A model generated the notes under the pieces. It saw nothing but the letters and a program-made list of their open reading frames with translations. It was not told the DNA's origin and searched no databases. Shown in pieces: positions 1-9,117 of a stretch of DNA of 64,000 nucleotides. The DNA comes from Parcubacteria group bacterium 21-54-25 (lineage in GTDB: Bacteria > Patescibacteriota > Minisyncoccia > Phycocordibacterales > Phycocordibacteraceae): assembly GCA_002255585.1 (NCBI GenBank), contig NCBJ01000006.1, positions 94-64,093 of the forward strand. Reading direction: 5' to 3'. Position numbers and translations under genes: made by a program. Each line of letters begins with the position of its first letter. The first letter of the stretch is position 1.

Positions 1-127
1 ATAACGAACCGATTGACCGCAGATATAACGTCTGGTATTATCTATGCATCCTGAAATGTCCGCGTTGCGGGCATTTCTTGTTATAATTCGTTCATAAAAA
101 CGTGCAACATACATATTCCATATTCTT

Positions 128-1495
128 ATGATTGATCTCAAAACCATAAACTCAGTACTTGGTGAATTTGAAGACCGCGGCATAACCCGTAGCACCATGG
201 TCGATGCTATTGAGACCGCGATGGCCACGGCGTACAAAAAAGAGTACGGCAAGCGCGGTCAAATCGTGCGTGCGATACTCGATCTTGATACCGGCACGGT
301 CTCATTCGAGCAAGTGAAAACCGTTGTGGATGACTCGACCGTACGCTTCCCCACCGCAGATGAAGAGGGGACAGCTTCCCATGAGCCACTGCTTTCACAC
401 ACCCATGAGCACGAAGAAACGCTTGCGGAGGGTGAGCTGCCGCGTTTTGATCCGGAAAAGCATATTTTGCTCGAGAACGCAAAACTTATGAAGCGCGATG
501 CGATCGTTGGCGAAGAGCTCGTTTTCCCGCTCGAGCCGCAAGATGACTTCGGCCGCATCGCCGCACAAACTGCTAAACAGGTCATCATTCAAAAAATTCG
601 TGAGGCTGAGAAACTTTCGATACTTGATGAGTTTGCGCACAAAAAAAGCGAGGTGGTTTCAGGCATTGTGCAGCGTATCGAACGCGGCGCGCTCTACGTT
701 GACCTCGGGCGCACGACAGGCGTTATGCCCTATGAGGAGCAAATCCCAGGGGAGCGTTACCGCACTGGCGAACGCATTCGCGCCTATTTGTACGCCGTTG
801 ACGAAGGCTTCCGTGGCGTGTATTTGCGTCTTTCACGTTCGCATCCGCGGTTTGTGGTAAAATTGTTTGAAATGGAAGTTCCAGAACTCGCTGCGGGTTC
901 TATCGAAATAAAAGCAATCTCTCGCGAGGCGGGCAGCCGCACAAAACTTGCCGTTGCTTCGCTTGATCCACACGTTGATCCGGTTGGTTCACTGGTTGGC
1001 CAGCGAGGCGTGCGTGTTTCAACGGTGATGGGCGAGCTCGGTGGTGAACGCATCGACATTATTGAGTGGGCAGAAGACCCCGCGACCTATATTAAAGAGG
1101 CACTCTCCCCCGCAAGCGCGATTGATGTGGCGCTTGATTCGGACGATCATCGGGCAACGGTAACGGTGTCTGAAGACCAGCAGTCGTTGGCAATCGGCCG
1201 TGGTGGTCAAAACGTACGGCTCGCCGCCAAACTCACGGGGTGGAATATTGATATTGCGTCAACCGGCGGTGCAGCGATTGCCGGTACCGACGGCGACTCA
1301 GTAGATATTGCGCCGGAAGAACCGCTTGACGCGGCAGCCGAAGCGGGCGTTATTCCTACCGAATCTGAAGAAATAGTCGCCACGGGACAGAAAGAGACAA
1401 CCGAGCTTCCAGCTGAAGAAGAACTCACCGAGGACGAAGGCAATTCTATTGTCGATGAGGAAGAATCACGAGACAAAACCGCAACTGATGAGTAG
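128..1495 (+). CDS. nusA: Transcription termination/antitermination factor NusA, with a long acidic C-terminal tail
   Basis: 455-aa ORF. The N-terminus (MIDLKTINSVLGEFEDRGI...) and the S1/KH region (GRGGQNVRLAAKLTGWNIDI) are typical of NusA. The C-terminus is rich in D/E. Confidence 0.9.
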   Translation: MIDLKTINSVLGEFEDRGITRSTMVDAIETAMATAYKKEYGKRGQIVRAILDLDTGTVSFEQVKTVVDDSTVRFPTADEEGTASHEPLLSHTHEHEETLAEGELPRFDPEKHILLENAKLMKRDAIVGEELVFPLEPQDDFGRIAAQTAKQVIIQKIREAEKLSILDEFAHKKSEVVSGIVQRIERGALYVDLGRTTGVMPYEEQIPGERYRTGERIRAYLYAVDEGFRGVYLRLSRSHPRFVVKLFEMEVPELAAGSIEIKAISREAGSRTKLAVASLDPHVDPVGSLVGQRGVRVSTVMGELGGERIDIIEWAEDPATYIKEALSPASAIDVALDSDDHRATVTVSEDQQSLAIGRGGQNVRLAAKLTGWNIDIASTGGAAIAGTDGDSVDIAPEEPLDAAAEAGVIPTESEEIVATGQKETTELPAEEELTEDEGNSIVDEEESRDKTATDE

Positions 1496-1525
1496 TATAT
1501 CCACATAATCGTTTTATTTTTACCT

Positions 1526-2047
1526 ATGAACTTGCTACACGACCTCCCTGCCGGAACAAAAGAGGAAATGACGGTGATTATCGAGATTCCGCGTGGCTCA
1601 AAAAACAAATATGAGATTGACAAGAGGACGGGTCTTATAGCACTCGATCGCGTTCTTCATACCGCGCAAGATTACCCATTCGACTACGGATTCGTACCGC
1701 AGACAATTTGGGATGACGGTGATGCGCTTGACGTAATATTGCTCACCACCTACCCACTTGCCCCAGGCATACTCGTGCGTGCCCGTCCGGTCGGCATCTT
1801 GCGTATGATCGACGGCGGCGACAATGATGATAAGGTGCTCGCGGTACCGGCAGATGATCCTCGTTTTGCAGATACAAAAGATCTTTCCGACGTAAATACG
1901 CACACGCTTAAGGAAATCGAGCACTTCTTCATGACCTATAAACAGCTCCAGAAGAAAGAGGTGGTCACGAATGGGTTTGAGGACAAAAAAGCAGCAGAGA
2001 AGGCGTTCGAGCGTGCAGTAAAACTCTATAAAGAACAGCACCCATAA
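1526..2047 (+). CDS. ppa: Inorganic pyrophosphatase (family I)
   Basis: 173 aa. Family I PPase motifs are present: EIPRGSKNKYEID and DGDALDVILL. Confidence 0.9.
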   Translation: MNLLHDLPAGTKEEMTVIIEIPRGSKNKYEIDKRTGLIALDRVLHTAQDYPFDYGFVPQTIWDDGDALDVILLTTYPLAPGILVRARPVGILRMIDGGDNDDKVLAVPADDPRFADTKDLSDVNTHTLKEIEHFFMTYKQLQKKEVVTNGFEDKKAAEKAFERAVKLYKEQHP

Positions 2048-2052
2048 ATATT

Positions 2053-2244
2053 ATGTTGGAATCAAGCCATACTACTCTGGAACCCTCAACACCGCAGCAG
2101 CAGTCCTGGGGTGCCGTCATCGCGATAGTGGTCATTCTCGCCATGATTGTCATCGGTGCCTTCTATGCGTGGAATAAACGCCTCGGCAAAGAGCCGGGCG
2201 GCGCAGCTGCCCTTGCCACGACGACGGCTACGACGACGCCATAA
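2053..2244 (+). CDS. Small single-pass membrane protein with a Thr/Ala-rich tail (hypothetical)
   Basis: 63-aa ORF. It has one hydrophobic helix (AVIAIVVILAMIVIGAFYAW). It sits between ppa and a convergent gene. No homology is recognised. Confidence 0.3.
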   Translation: MLESSHTTLEPSTPQQQSWGAVIAIVVILAMIVIGAFYAWNKRLGKEPGGAAALATTTATTTP

Positions 2245-2247
2245 ATA

Positions 2248-3330
2248 CTACATTTTGGGCGCACAGTTTTGGTTTGTGCATGACGCTTTCAGTAATGCCA
2301 TATCCTTGGCGTCAATAATGCCGTCGTGATTGAGATCACGCGGGTCGCTGGTGCCGCCCTGCACTTTTGTATTTAGGTACGGGGCCAAAAGCAACGCGTC
2401 ATCGCTATCAACATCTCCATCTAAATTCAAATCGCCCAACGGAAATTCCGGCAGAGTAAGGTTCATTGTGTTATTCGTTGTGTTTAAGGAAAAATGGATT
2501 TGATATTGTGCGCCGGCAGTAATAATACCTGATCTGGTTTGATTATTGCTTGTATCATTGAGAAGCCCAAAGAAAACTACAAATGGTACATTCTTAATAC
2601 CTATAAGTGTGAGGGTGTAGAGTCCGGGAACGGTATTCTTGAGGAACAGACCGACTGACGATGTGCCGTTAGACTCTTTAGTTGTGTAGTAACTTGGTCT
2701 TGTGTCTGTGCTTTTTGCTGGGTGATTTAATCCAATTATGTTCCCGGTGGGGTCTTTTAACAACAGCTCTATCTGGGTCGAGGAAGAGTCAATGGCACTA
2801 ACCTGTATTTCCATACTCGGGAACATGCTCGGAAGATTGTGAGTAGCGGTAATTGTTGACGATTGGTACAAACGGAGGGATTTTATGTCTATAGAATGCC
2901 CTGATGCGGTGGTTACCAACCCTATAGACACTGTATGTTTGCCCGGAGAGATGATGCCCGCGGTAGTAATGAGTCCCGTGTTGCGCCACGTTCCACTGCC
3001 AAATTCCCCGGCCGCCCTACCGAATAACACTTTGTCATCAACCATAACCAAGAGCATATCCTGTGGTGATATGTGTACTCCTTTGTACTCGAAGGAAAAA
3101 CCAGCAACTCTTGGACCAAACGAGACGGTTGTAAACATCCACATGGAGTGATCTGCGGTATGTGAAGACGAAGTTGCTACAAGGCTTGTGTTTGCGTCGC
3201 GCTTAACCGACACAGATTGTCCGCCACGCTGAAACATATTATAGTGGTACGCAGCACCCATGGTTCCAAAGATAATTATTGCAAAGCAAAGACTGATGAG
3301 CAGGAACAGCGGCGAGCGCGCGAGCTTCAT
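2248..3330 (-). CDS. Secreted/anchored surface protein with a C-terminal dockerin-like domain
   Basis: 360 aa. The N-terminus is a signal or anchor helix ([21 protein letters not shown]). The C-terminus has two dockerin type-I-like repeats: [20 protein letters not shown] and [19 protein letters not shown]. Confidence 0.6.
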   Translation of the reverse strand: MKLARSPLFLLISLCFAIIIFGTMGAAYHYNMFQRGGQSVSVKRDANTSLVATSSSHTADHSMWMFTTVSFGPRVAGFSFEYKGVHISPQDMLLVMVDDKVLFGRAAGEFGSGTWRNTGLITTAGIISPGKHTVSIGLVTTASGHSIDIKSLRLYQSSTITATHNLPSMFPSMEIQVSAIDSSSTQIELLLKDPTGNIIGLNHPAKSTDTRPSYYTTKESNGTSSVGLFLKNTVPGLYTLTLIGIKNVPFVVFFGLLNDTSNNQTRSGIITAGAQYQIHFSLNTTNNTMNLTLPEFPLGDLNLDGDVDSDDALLLAPYLNTKVQGGTSDPRDLNHDGIIDAKDMALLKASCTNQNCAPKM

Positions 3331-3412
3331 GCACTATTACACTAGCACGCGCTTGTCGGGAGCAATGCCACCCCTTGTGCCAAAGGGCGGATACCGCTAC
3401 TATGCGAATACT

Positions 3413-4030
3413 ATGATGAACAATATGGATAACCAGCAAGAACGGGCCTCGTATTTGGTGCCAATGGTTGTGGAAAAGTCACAATTCGGTGAGCGCGCGT
3501 ACGATATTTACTCGCGTCTTCTTCGAGAGCGCATAATTTTTCTCGGCGGGCCTATAGACGACGAGTCGGCAAACCTGATTATCGCCCAGCTACTTTTCCT
3601 TGAGGCCGAAGATCCGAAGAAAGACATTTTCCTATACGTGAATTCTGTTGGCGGATCGGTAACGGCCGGTCTCGCGATTCTCGACACGATGAACCATGTC
3701 AAGCCACACGTCGCAACCGTGTGCGTCGGTATTGCCGCCTCTGCTGGTGCGGTATTGCTCGCGGGCGGTCAAAAAGGCAAGCGCTTCGCGCTCCCGAACG
3801 CCGAAGTAATGATTCACCAGCCATGGGGCGGCGCACAAGGACAAGCAACCGACATAGAAATAACCGCGAAGCACATTATCGCGACGCGCGACCGTTTGAA
3901 TAAAATTCTGGCAAAAGCGACTGGTCAATCACTCGAAAAGATAGGAAAAGATGTCGACCGTGATTTCTTCATGACCGCAGAAGAAGCAAAAAAGTACGGC
4001 ATTGTTGACCAGGTGTACAAAACGAAATAG
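3413..4030 (+). CDS. clpP: ATP-dependent Clp protease proteolytic subunit
   Basis: ClpP motifs are present ([28 protein letters not shown], catalytic region [22 protein letters not shown]). The upstream extension back to 3260 overlaps the divergent gene. The start at ATG 3413 gives a typical ~205-aa ClpP. Confidence 0.9.
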   Translation: MMNNMDNQQERASYLVPMVVEKSQFGERAYDIYSRLLRERIIFLGGPIDDESANLIIAQLLFLEAEDPKKDIFLYVNSVGGSVTAGLAILDTMNHVKPHVATVCVGIAASAGAVLLAGGQKGKRFALPNAEVMIHQPWGGAQGQATDIEITAKHIIATRDRLNKILAKATGQSLEKIGKDVDRDFFMTAEEAKKYGIVDQVYKTK

Positions 4031-4243
4031 CACGCAAGGAAACTCAAAACGGGGTGCTGCAAAGCCGCTGCGCCGGTGCCCGTCACAGGGCTTTTGCGGT
4101 AGTACGTCCTCCGTGCTAGAGTGCCGGTACCGTTTTGGCGGACAGAATCTTGTAATAACCGCCTGCGTCGAGCCTTCTTTTCGATTCGCTACTCAGGAAT
4201 GACTGCATGAAACTGGGGGGCGCGACAGGGCGCACCTTAAATT

Positions 4244-5773
4244 ATGTCGTTAAAATTTGTATTCATACTGCTTGCGCTCTCGGGCGCGGCGGGCATTGCG
4301 CTTGGCTATGTTCTCAGGTGGCTCATTGCGCTTGGGCAGCGCGGTTCGCTCGAGCTCGAAATCAAGCAGCAAATGCTTGATGCGAAGGAGCGGGCAGCGC
4401 GCATCATTACCGAAGCAGAGTCTCGCGTGGAAATCGTCGAAGCCGAGCGACTCGGCACAGTACGCGAGCGCGAAGAAAAGCTACAAAAAACTGAAGACCG
4501 GCTTACAAAAAAAGAGGAGTTTCTCGATGAACGCGAGCACAGTATCGCCGACGAATCTGAAAATGTCCGCGGTCGAGAGCATGAGGCCGCACGTCTTAAA
4601 AAAGAATCCGAAGCGCTTCTACACGAGCGCCGCACTGAGCTTGCGCGTATCGCGCAGCTTTCACAAGACGCAGCACGAGAAGAGCTTATGCGTGATATCG
4701 AGCAGGTACATGAGGACGCATTTCTCGCACGCCTGCAAAAACTCGAAGCGCACGGCAAGGCGCGTCTTGAGGACGCTGCGCGAAATATTCTAATCGCCGC
4801 CATTCACCGTCTTGGAAATGCCGTGAATGCTGATGTTATGACGCTTTCGGTACCTATTCCCTCCGAAGAGGTGAAGGGGAAAATTATCGGCAAAGAGGGG
4901 AGGAACATTAAAGCATTTGAGCGCGCAACCGGCGTCGATGTCATCGTTGACGATGCCCCCGACCGCATCACCCTTTCATCATTTGATCCACTGCGTCGTC
5001 ACATAGCAAAAATTGCACTCGAGGGATTAATTGCTGATGGACGCATCCAACCAGCAAAAATAGAAGACGCGGTGGAGCGTGCCCGTGCTGAAATTATCGA
5101 GACGGTAAAACAAAAGGGCGAGCAAGCGGCGTATGAGGCGGGTGTAGTTGGGCTTGATTCGAAACTTGTTGCGCTCCTCGGACGACTACATTTTCGTACT
5201 AGCTACGGACAAAACGTGTTGCAGCATTCAGTTGAGATGGCCCATATCGCGGGCATGCTTGCAACTGAGCTCGGTGCGAAGGCGACCATCGCGCGCGCAG
5301 GCGCACTGTTGCATGACATCGGAAAAGCAGTGGATCACGAGGTGCAGGGTACTCACGTAGAAATCGGGCGACGCATCTTAGAGAAATTTGGCCTCGATCG
5401 TCGCGTGATTCAAGCGATGCAGTCGCACCATGAAGAATACCCATATGAAACACCCGAAGCAGTTATTGTACAGGTTGCTGACGCCATATCAGGCGGGAGA
5501 CCAGGGGCACGGCGTGATACCGTTGAGCGCTATTTGGAACGCTTGGGTGAGCTTGAAAGACTCGCATCAAGCTTCCCGGGAGTGGAAAAAGTATACGCCG
5601 TACAAGCTGGGCGCGAGATTCGTGTCTTTGTAAATCCTGGGAAAGTATCCGACCTCGCCATGCATAAGATGGCACGTGATTTGGCAGGAAGAATACAGGA
5701 AGAGCTCAAATACCCTGGAGAAATAAAGGTAAATATCATCCGCGAGAATCGTGTTGTAGAGTTTGCGCGGTAA
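4244..5773 (+). CDS. rny: Ribonuclease Y
   Basis: 509 aa. It has an N-terminal TM helix, a coiled coil, a KH domain (GKIIGKEGRNIKAFE) and an HD domain (LLHDIGKAVDHE), which is the canonical RNase Y architecture. Confidence 0.9.
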   Translation: MSLKFVFILLALSGAAGIALGYVLRWLIALGQRGSLELEIKQQMLDAKERAARIITEAESRVEIVEAERLGTVREREEKLQKTEDRLTKKEEFLDEREHSIADESENVRGREHEAARLKKESEALLHERRTELARIAQLSQDAAREELMRDIEQVHEDAFLARLQKLEAHGKARLEDAARNILIAAIHRLGNAVNADVMTLSVPIPSEEVKGKIIGKEGRNIKAFERATGVDVIVDDAPDRITLSSFDPLRRHIAKIALEGLIADGRIQPAKIEDAVERARAEIIETVKQKGEQAAYEAGVVGLDSKLVALLGRLHFRTSYGQNVLQHSVEMAHIAGMLATELGAKATIARAGALLHDIGKAVDHEVQGTHVEIGRRILEKFGLDRRVIQAMQSHHEEYPYETPEAVIVQVADAISGGRPGARRDTVERYLERLGELERLASSFPGVEKVYAVQAGREIRVFVNPGKVSDLAMHKMARDLAGRIQEELKYPGEIKVNIIRENRVVEFAR

Positions 5774-5952
5774 TATCTACGTACGTAGAGTACGCAGCGT
5801 GTACCAAATAATATATATTTAGTAGCGAAGCTTTATTTGCCAATAAATTACACTACCAATTGTGCGAAGGCGCAATGGTTGCAAGAACCGCCGTATTTCC
5901 TATACTTTCCCCCATACCCCTCCAAACGAGGTATTATCCATAGCATATTCTT

Positions 5953-6225
5953 ATGAACAAAGCAGATATCGCCGCAAAAGTACACGAGGTACTCGGTACC
6001 ACCAAGGCCGATGCGGATCGCGCGGTCGAAACAATCATTGATTCTATTACGAGCGCGCTCAAGGGCGGCGATGAGGTGTCAATCGCCGGTCTGGGCATCT
6101 TTTCCGCAAAAGTGCGCCCTGCCCGCGAGGGACGGAACCCGCGCACGGGTGAGTCGGTACATATTTCTGCGATGCGCGTACCGAAATTCCGCGCTGCCAA
6201 AGCGCTCAAAGAAGCAGTTAAATAA
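5953..6225 (+). CDS. hup: HU/IHF-family DNA-binding protein
   Basis: 90 aa. It contains the HU signature GFGTF-like arm (GLGIFSAKVRPAREGRNPRTGESV). Confidence 0.85.
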   Translation: MNKADIAAKVHEVLGTTKADADRAVETIIDSITSALKGGDEVSIAGLGIFSAKVRPAREGRNPRTGESVHISAMRVPKFRAAKALKEAVK

Positions 6226-6255
6226 CCTGCTTGTTTTGCGGCCTTTCGGCCAGCC

Positions 6256-6290
6256 GCCACGCCCGCCTTTTGAAGGCGGGCGTGGCTTTT
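6256..6290 (+). terminator. Rho-independent terminator, bidirectional (hup and rarA are convergent)
   Basis: GCCACGCCCGCC-TTTTGAA-GGCGGGCGTGGC forms a 12-bp GC-rich stem. It is followed by TTTT. Confidence 0.7.
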
Positions 6291-6329
6291 ATATGCGGGG
6301 AGTCAATTCCGGCTTTCGCGTGCTTGAGC

Positions 6330-7457
6330 TTATTGCAGATACTTATGTTTCTTTATTTTGTCGGGCAGATAGTTTTCGGTATCGTACTTTTCATACCCTT
6401 TCCCGTAGCCGAGGTCTTTCATGAGTGTTGTGACCGGGTTGCGTATCTTTTTTGGAATTGGCAGATTGCCGAACTTCTGCACGTCACCTTGTGCAGCACG
6501 AAGTGCGTCGTACGCGCTTCGATCTTTCTTGGAGCGCGCGAGGTAGGCAGCACCGTGCGCAAGAGTTATCGCGCATTCAGGATAGCCGATCGTCTCACAA
6601 GCGCGAAAGACGGCGTTTGCCACCACAAGCGCCGTTGGCTGCGCAAGACCAATGTCTTCGCTCGCAAATATCACCATACGCCGTGCAATGAAAAGCGGAT
6701 CCTCCCCAGCTTCAACCATGCGCGCGAGGTAGTAGAGCGCGGCGTCGCTCTGGCTCGCGCGCATACTTTTTATAAATGCGGAGACCGTGTCGTGATGCTC
6801 CTCGCCATGCGTGTCGTAGCGTATGTGCGATGATTCCAGCGCCTTATTGAGCGCGCCGACAGTAACGTCGCCATAGAGTGACTGTGTGCTCTCGATGATG
6901 CCGAGCGCTTTCCGTGCGTCACCGTTTGCGTAGCCCACAAGCCACGCAAGCGTGTCTTGTGCAAGAGGCGTCGCCGCGCGCGCGATAATCGCGTGTAGTG
7001 CCTCCTCTGAAAGCGGCGTAAGTACAAACACGCGGCAGCGCGAGAGCAGCGGCGCTATAACCTCGAACGACGGATTTTCTGTGGTTGCACCGATGAGTAT
7101 GAGCTTGCCCGACTCTACAAATGGCAAGAGGAAGTCCTGCTGGGATTTATTAAAACGATGTATCTCGTCCAAGAACAGTACGGTGTCTTTTTCGTTTGGG
7201 GCCTCGGCCACGATGGTACGTATATCATCTTTACCAGCGGAAACTGCCGAGAGTTCGTAGAGCGTAGCATCGAGCGCACGTGCGTAGATTCGTGCGAGCG
7301 TCGTTTTTCCTGAACCAGGCGGCCCCCAGAGAATAAAAGAGAATGGGTGCTTTTTTTCGATAGCTACACGAAGCGGTTTCCCTTTCCCTACCAAGTGCTC
7401 CTGCCCGACAAAGTGGTCGAGTGACGTTGGCCGAATTCGAGAGGCAAGCGGTTCCAT
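6330..7457 (-). CDS. rarA: Replication-associated recombination protein A (AAA+ ATPase RarA/MgsA)
   Basis: Walker A (GPPGSGKTTLA), Walker B (LFLDEIHRF) and the MgsA C-terminal region are present. I take the start at MEPLASRIRPTSLDHF; the ORF track extends it upstream to 7556. Confidence 0.85.
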   Translation of the reverse strand: MEPLASRIRPTSLDHFVGQEHLVGKGKPLRVAIEKKHPFSFILWGPPGSGKTTLARIYARALDATLYELSAVSAGKDDIRTIVAEAPNEKDTVLFLDEIHRFNKSQQDFLLPFVESGKLILIGATTENPSFEVIAPLLSRCRVFVLTPLSEEALHAIIARAATPLAQDTLAWLVGYANGDARKALGIIESTQSLYGDVTVGALNKALESSHIRYDTHGEEHHDTVSAFIKSMRASQSDAALYYLARMVEAGEDPLFIARRMVIFASEDIGLAQPTALVVANAVFRACETIGYPECAITLAHGAAYLARSKKDRSAYDALRAAQGDVQKFGNLPIPKKIRNPVTTLMKDLGYGKGYEKYDTENYLPDKIKKHKYLQ

Positions 7458-7538
7458 GCGTGTATGGTACACCCGTGCCTGCCATCGACCAGCGATCCGG
7501 CACAAATACAAAAGGACCCGCGTGCGGATCCTTTTAGA

Positions 7539-7573
7539 TTGCCGAGCTGCGTGCAAAGCACGCAGCTCGGCAA
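7539..7573. other. Perfect 16-bp-stem hairpin (TTGCCGAGCTGCGTGC-AAA-GCACGCAGCTCGGCAA) upstream of rarA
   Basis: The inverted repeat is exact and read directly from the sequence. There is no flanking T-run, so it may be an operator or processing site rather than a terminator. Confidence 0.5.
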
Positions 7574-7870
7574 CGTAGGTTATTTCCAGTTTCCACCAGT
7601 GGGTCTTCTTCTTGTACCGCCCGCCGCAACAGGGGCGCGCGACCTCCCCACTTCCATCACATACTGGCGACGAGTGGCGTACGGGTCAAATGCATTGTTG
7701 TCATTTCGTCGTATTTCTTCCTCTCCATTGCTCCCTTTTTTGGGAGGGAATGTGAGCGCTTCTTCCTTCCAGAAATGCTTATACCATAACGTTGTACGGC
7801 TTCCGTTTCCGGCGTGAGCCGGAAAACACCAACTCTCACTATTCCACGGGTGGTTTTATCGCAGCTAGTA

Positions 7871-8002
7871 CTACTGCTCCTGCCAAGTTTCTAACGCTTC
7901 ATCCAGATCAAGACCCGACTCGTCGGAGAGGTCTTGCACCTCTTGCGCCTCATCCATGCTCAAGTTGTTATCTTTCGCGAGTTCGAAAAGTTCGTCGTCC
8001 AT
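7871..8002 (-). CDS. Small highly acidic protein (43 aa, hypothetical)
   Basis: Manual minus-strand translation gives MDDELFELAKDNNLSMDEAQEVQDLSDESGLDLDEALETWQEQ*. It is too short for the ORF track. Codon usage matches the rest of the genome. Confidence 0.2.
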   Translation of the reverse strand: MDDELFELAKDNNLSMDEAQEVQDLSDESGLDLDEALETWQEQ

Positions 8003-8097
8003 GGTTAAGAATTTAGCATGCTACTGTCCATGCGGGACATGGGCGTTGCCCTGCAAAGGAGAGTAAAGTATCATAGTCAACATGAAAAAAGGTTGCA

Positions 8098-8137
8098 CAA
8101 CATCCTTTTTGCGTACCATTCCTGCAGGCCATGGGAC
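8098..8137. repeat. Direct repeat copy A (~40 bp; ~82% identical to copy B at 8616..8655)
   Basis: GGTTGCACAACATCCTTTTTGCGTACCATTCCTGCAGGCC versus AGTTGCACGATAACCTTTTTGCGTACCACTCTTGCAGACC. The two copies flank the GFA gene. Confidence 0.6.
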
Positions 8138-8195
8138 GTCGGCGCTAACGCGCTGTCGCCCGTAAGGCGGGCCGTTGGGCATAACAGAGGGACTT

Positions 8196-8513
8196 ATGAC
8201 TTCGTCGAACATACGAGGCAGTTGCCTATGCGGCGCGGTGACCTTTGAGGTAAACTCGCCATACCACATCATGACTCATTGCCATTGCTCGCGGTGTCGC
8301 AAGAGTACGGGAGCAGGCCACTCGACAAATATTGCTGCTAATTCCGAGAGCATCAGGTGGCTAAGCGGATACGAAAGCATTACCCGCTTCGAGCTTCCAG
8401 GGTCAGAACGCTTCGGCAAATGGTTTTGCAGTCACTGCGGTGGCACTGGTGCAGGCCGGTCCTACCAGAAGACCCTAGATGTTTGGGACGGCCATCCTCC
8501 ACAATCGGCATGA
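8196..8513 (+). CDS. GFA-family (glutathione-dependent formaldehyde-activating / CENP-V-like) zinc-binding protein
   Basis: It has the Cys pattern C-x-C ... C-H-C-S-R-C ... C-x-x-C (SCLCGAVTFE, HCHCSRC, CSHCG). An SD-like GAGGG lies 5 nt upstream of ATG 8196. The ORF track starts at 8175. Confidence 0.7.
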   Translation: MTSSNIRGSCLCGAVTFEVNSPYHIMTHCHCSRCRKSTGAGHSTNIAANSESIRWLSGYESITRFELPGSERFGKWFCSHCGGTGAGRSYQKTLDVWDGHPPQSA

Positions 8514-8615
8514 TATTTGCATGTTATGATTTGGCCTTGCCCGGTGCTCCAATACGACCGTTATTATTGGAACGGTAAACAAGTCAATTATGGAAAATGA
8601 CGGATAGATAGTTGC

Positions 8616-8655
8616 ACGATAACCTTTTTGCGTACCACTCTTGCAGACCTCGATG
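8616..8655. repeat. Direct repeat copy B
   Basis: See copy A. Minus-strand translation of both copies preserves the peptide GLQEWYAKR, and three substitutions are synonymous. Confidence 0.6.
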
Positions 8656-8758
8656 CGAAGGCAGAGCAAAAACCGATCGGCAAGAATCGCACCATGTGCG
8701 ACTCTCAAACAAACGCCCGACATGTCCGTCGGGCGGGCCTGAAACTCAGGCAGAAGAT

Positions 8759-8980
8759 CTATGTCGCTCGGGCACGAGTAATTTGTTCGCGATTATGTCG
8801 CTCGATTCTGTCCATTTCTTCTCTAGTAAACACAGTCACTGTAATTTCGTGATGGCCGTTCTTCCCGTCCACAATAACCCGCACGTGATCATCATCAATC
8901 GGCTCAACGGTCCACGTCGAATGACAGGTGACGTCTTCGCCGAATCGGCGTAGCAATTTGTCAAGCAACTTGAGGAGCAT
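8759..8980 (-). CDS. Hypothetical 73-aa protein inside the putative island
   Basis: ORF only (MLLKLLDKLLRRFGEDV...). No recognisable domain. Confidence 0.2.
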   Translation of the reverse strand: MLLKLLDKLLRRFGEDVTCHSTWTVEPIDDDHVRVIVDGKNGHHEITVTVFTREEMDRIERHNREQITRARAT

Positions 8981-9117
8981 TTCGCAATCCCCCGTATGAC
9001 ATGCTGAAGCTATGATAGCCCATGCTTAGATTCGTGCAACGTGACATCGCCTGCGTTTTTTAACGTACGCAAGAGACCATAAATCCCATCTGCGACTCCC
9101 TGAAGCAGCGCTAGGTC

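Noticed and set aside
3260-3412. Long N-terminal extension of the clpP ORF (start 3260)
   Set aside because: It overlaps the divergent dockerin-protein gene and has no similarity to ClpP. The canonical ClpP N-terminus starts at ATG 3413.
4257-4803. 178-aa and 165-aa ORFs overlapping rny in alternate or antisense frames
   Set aside because: They are low-complexity Ser/Arg-rich translations of GC-rich DNA inside a well-supported RNase Y gene.
7729-7750. CTCCC-TTTTTTG-GGAGGG hairpin as a terminator
   Set aside because: The T-run lies in the loop, not 3' of the stem, so it is not a canonical intrinsic terminator on either strand.
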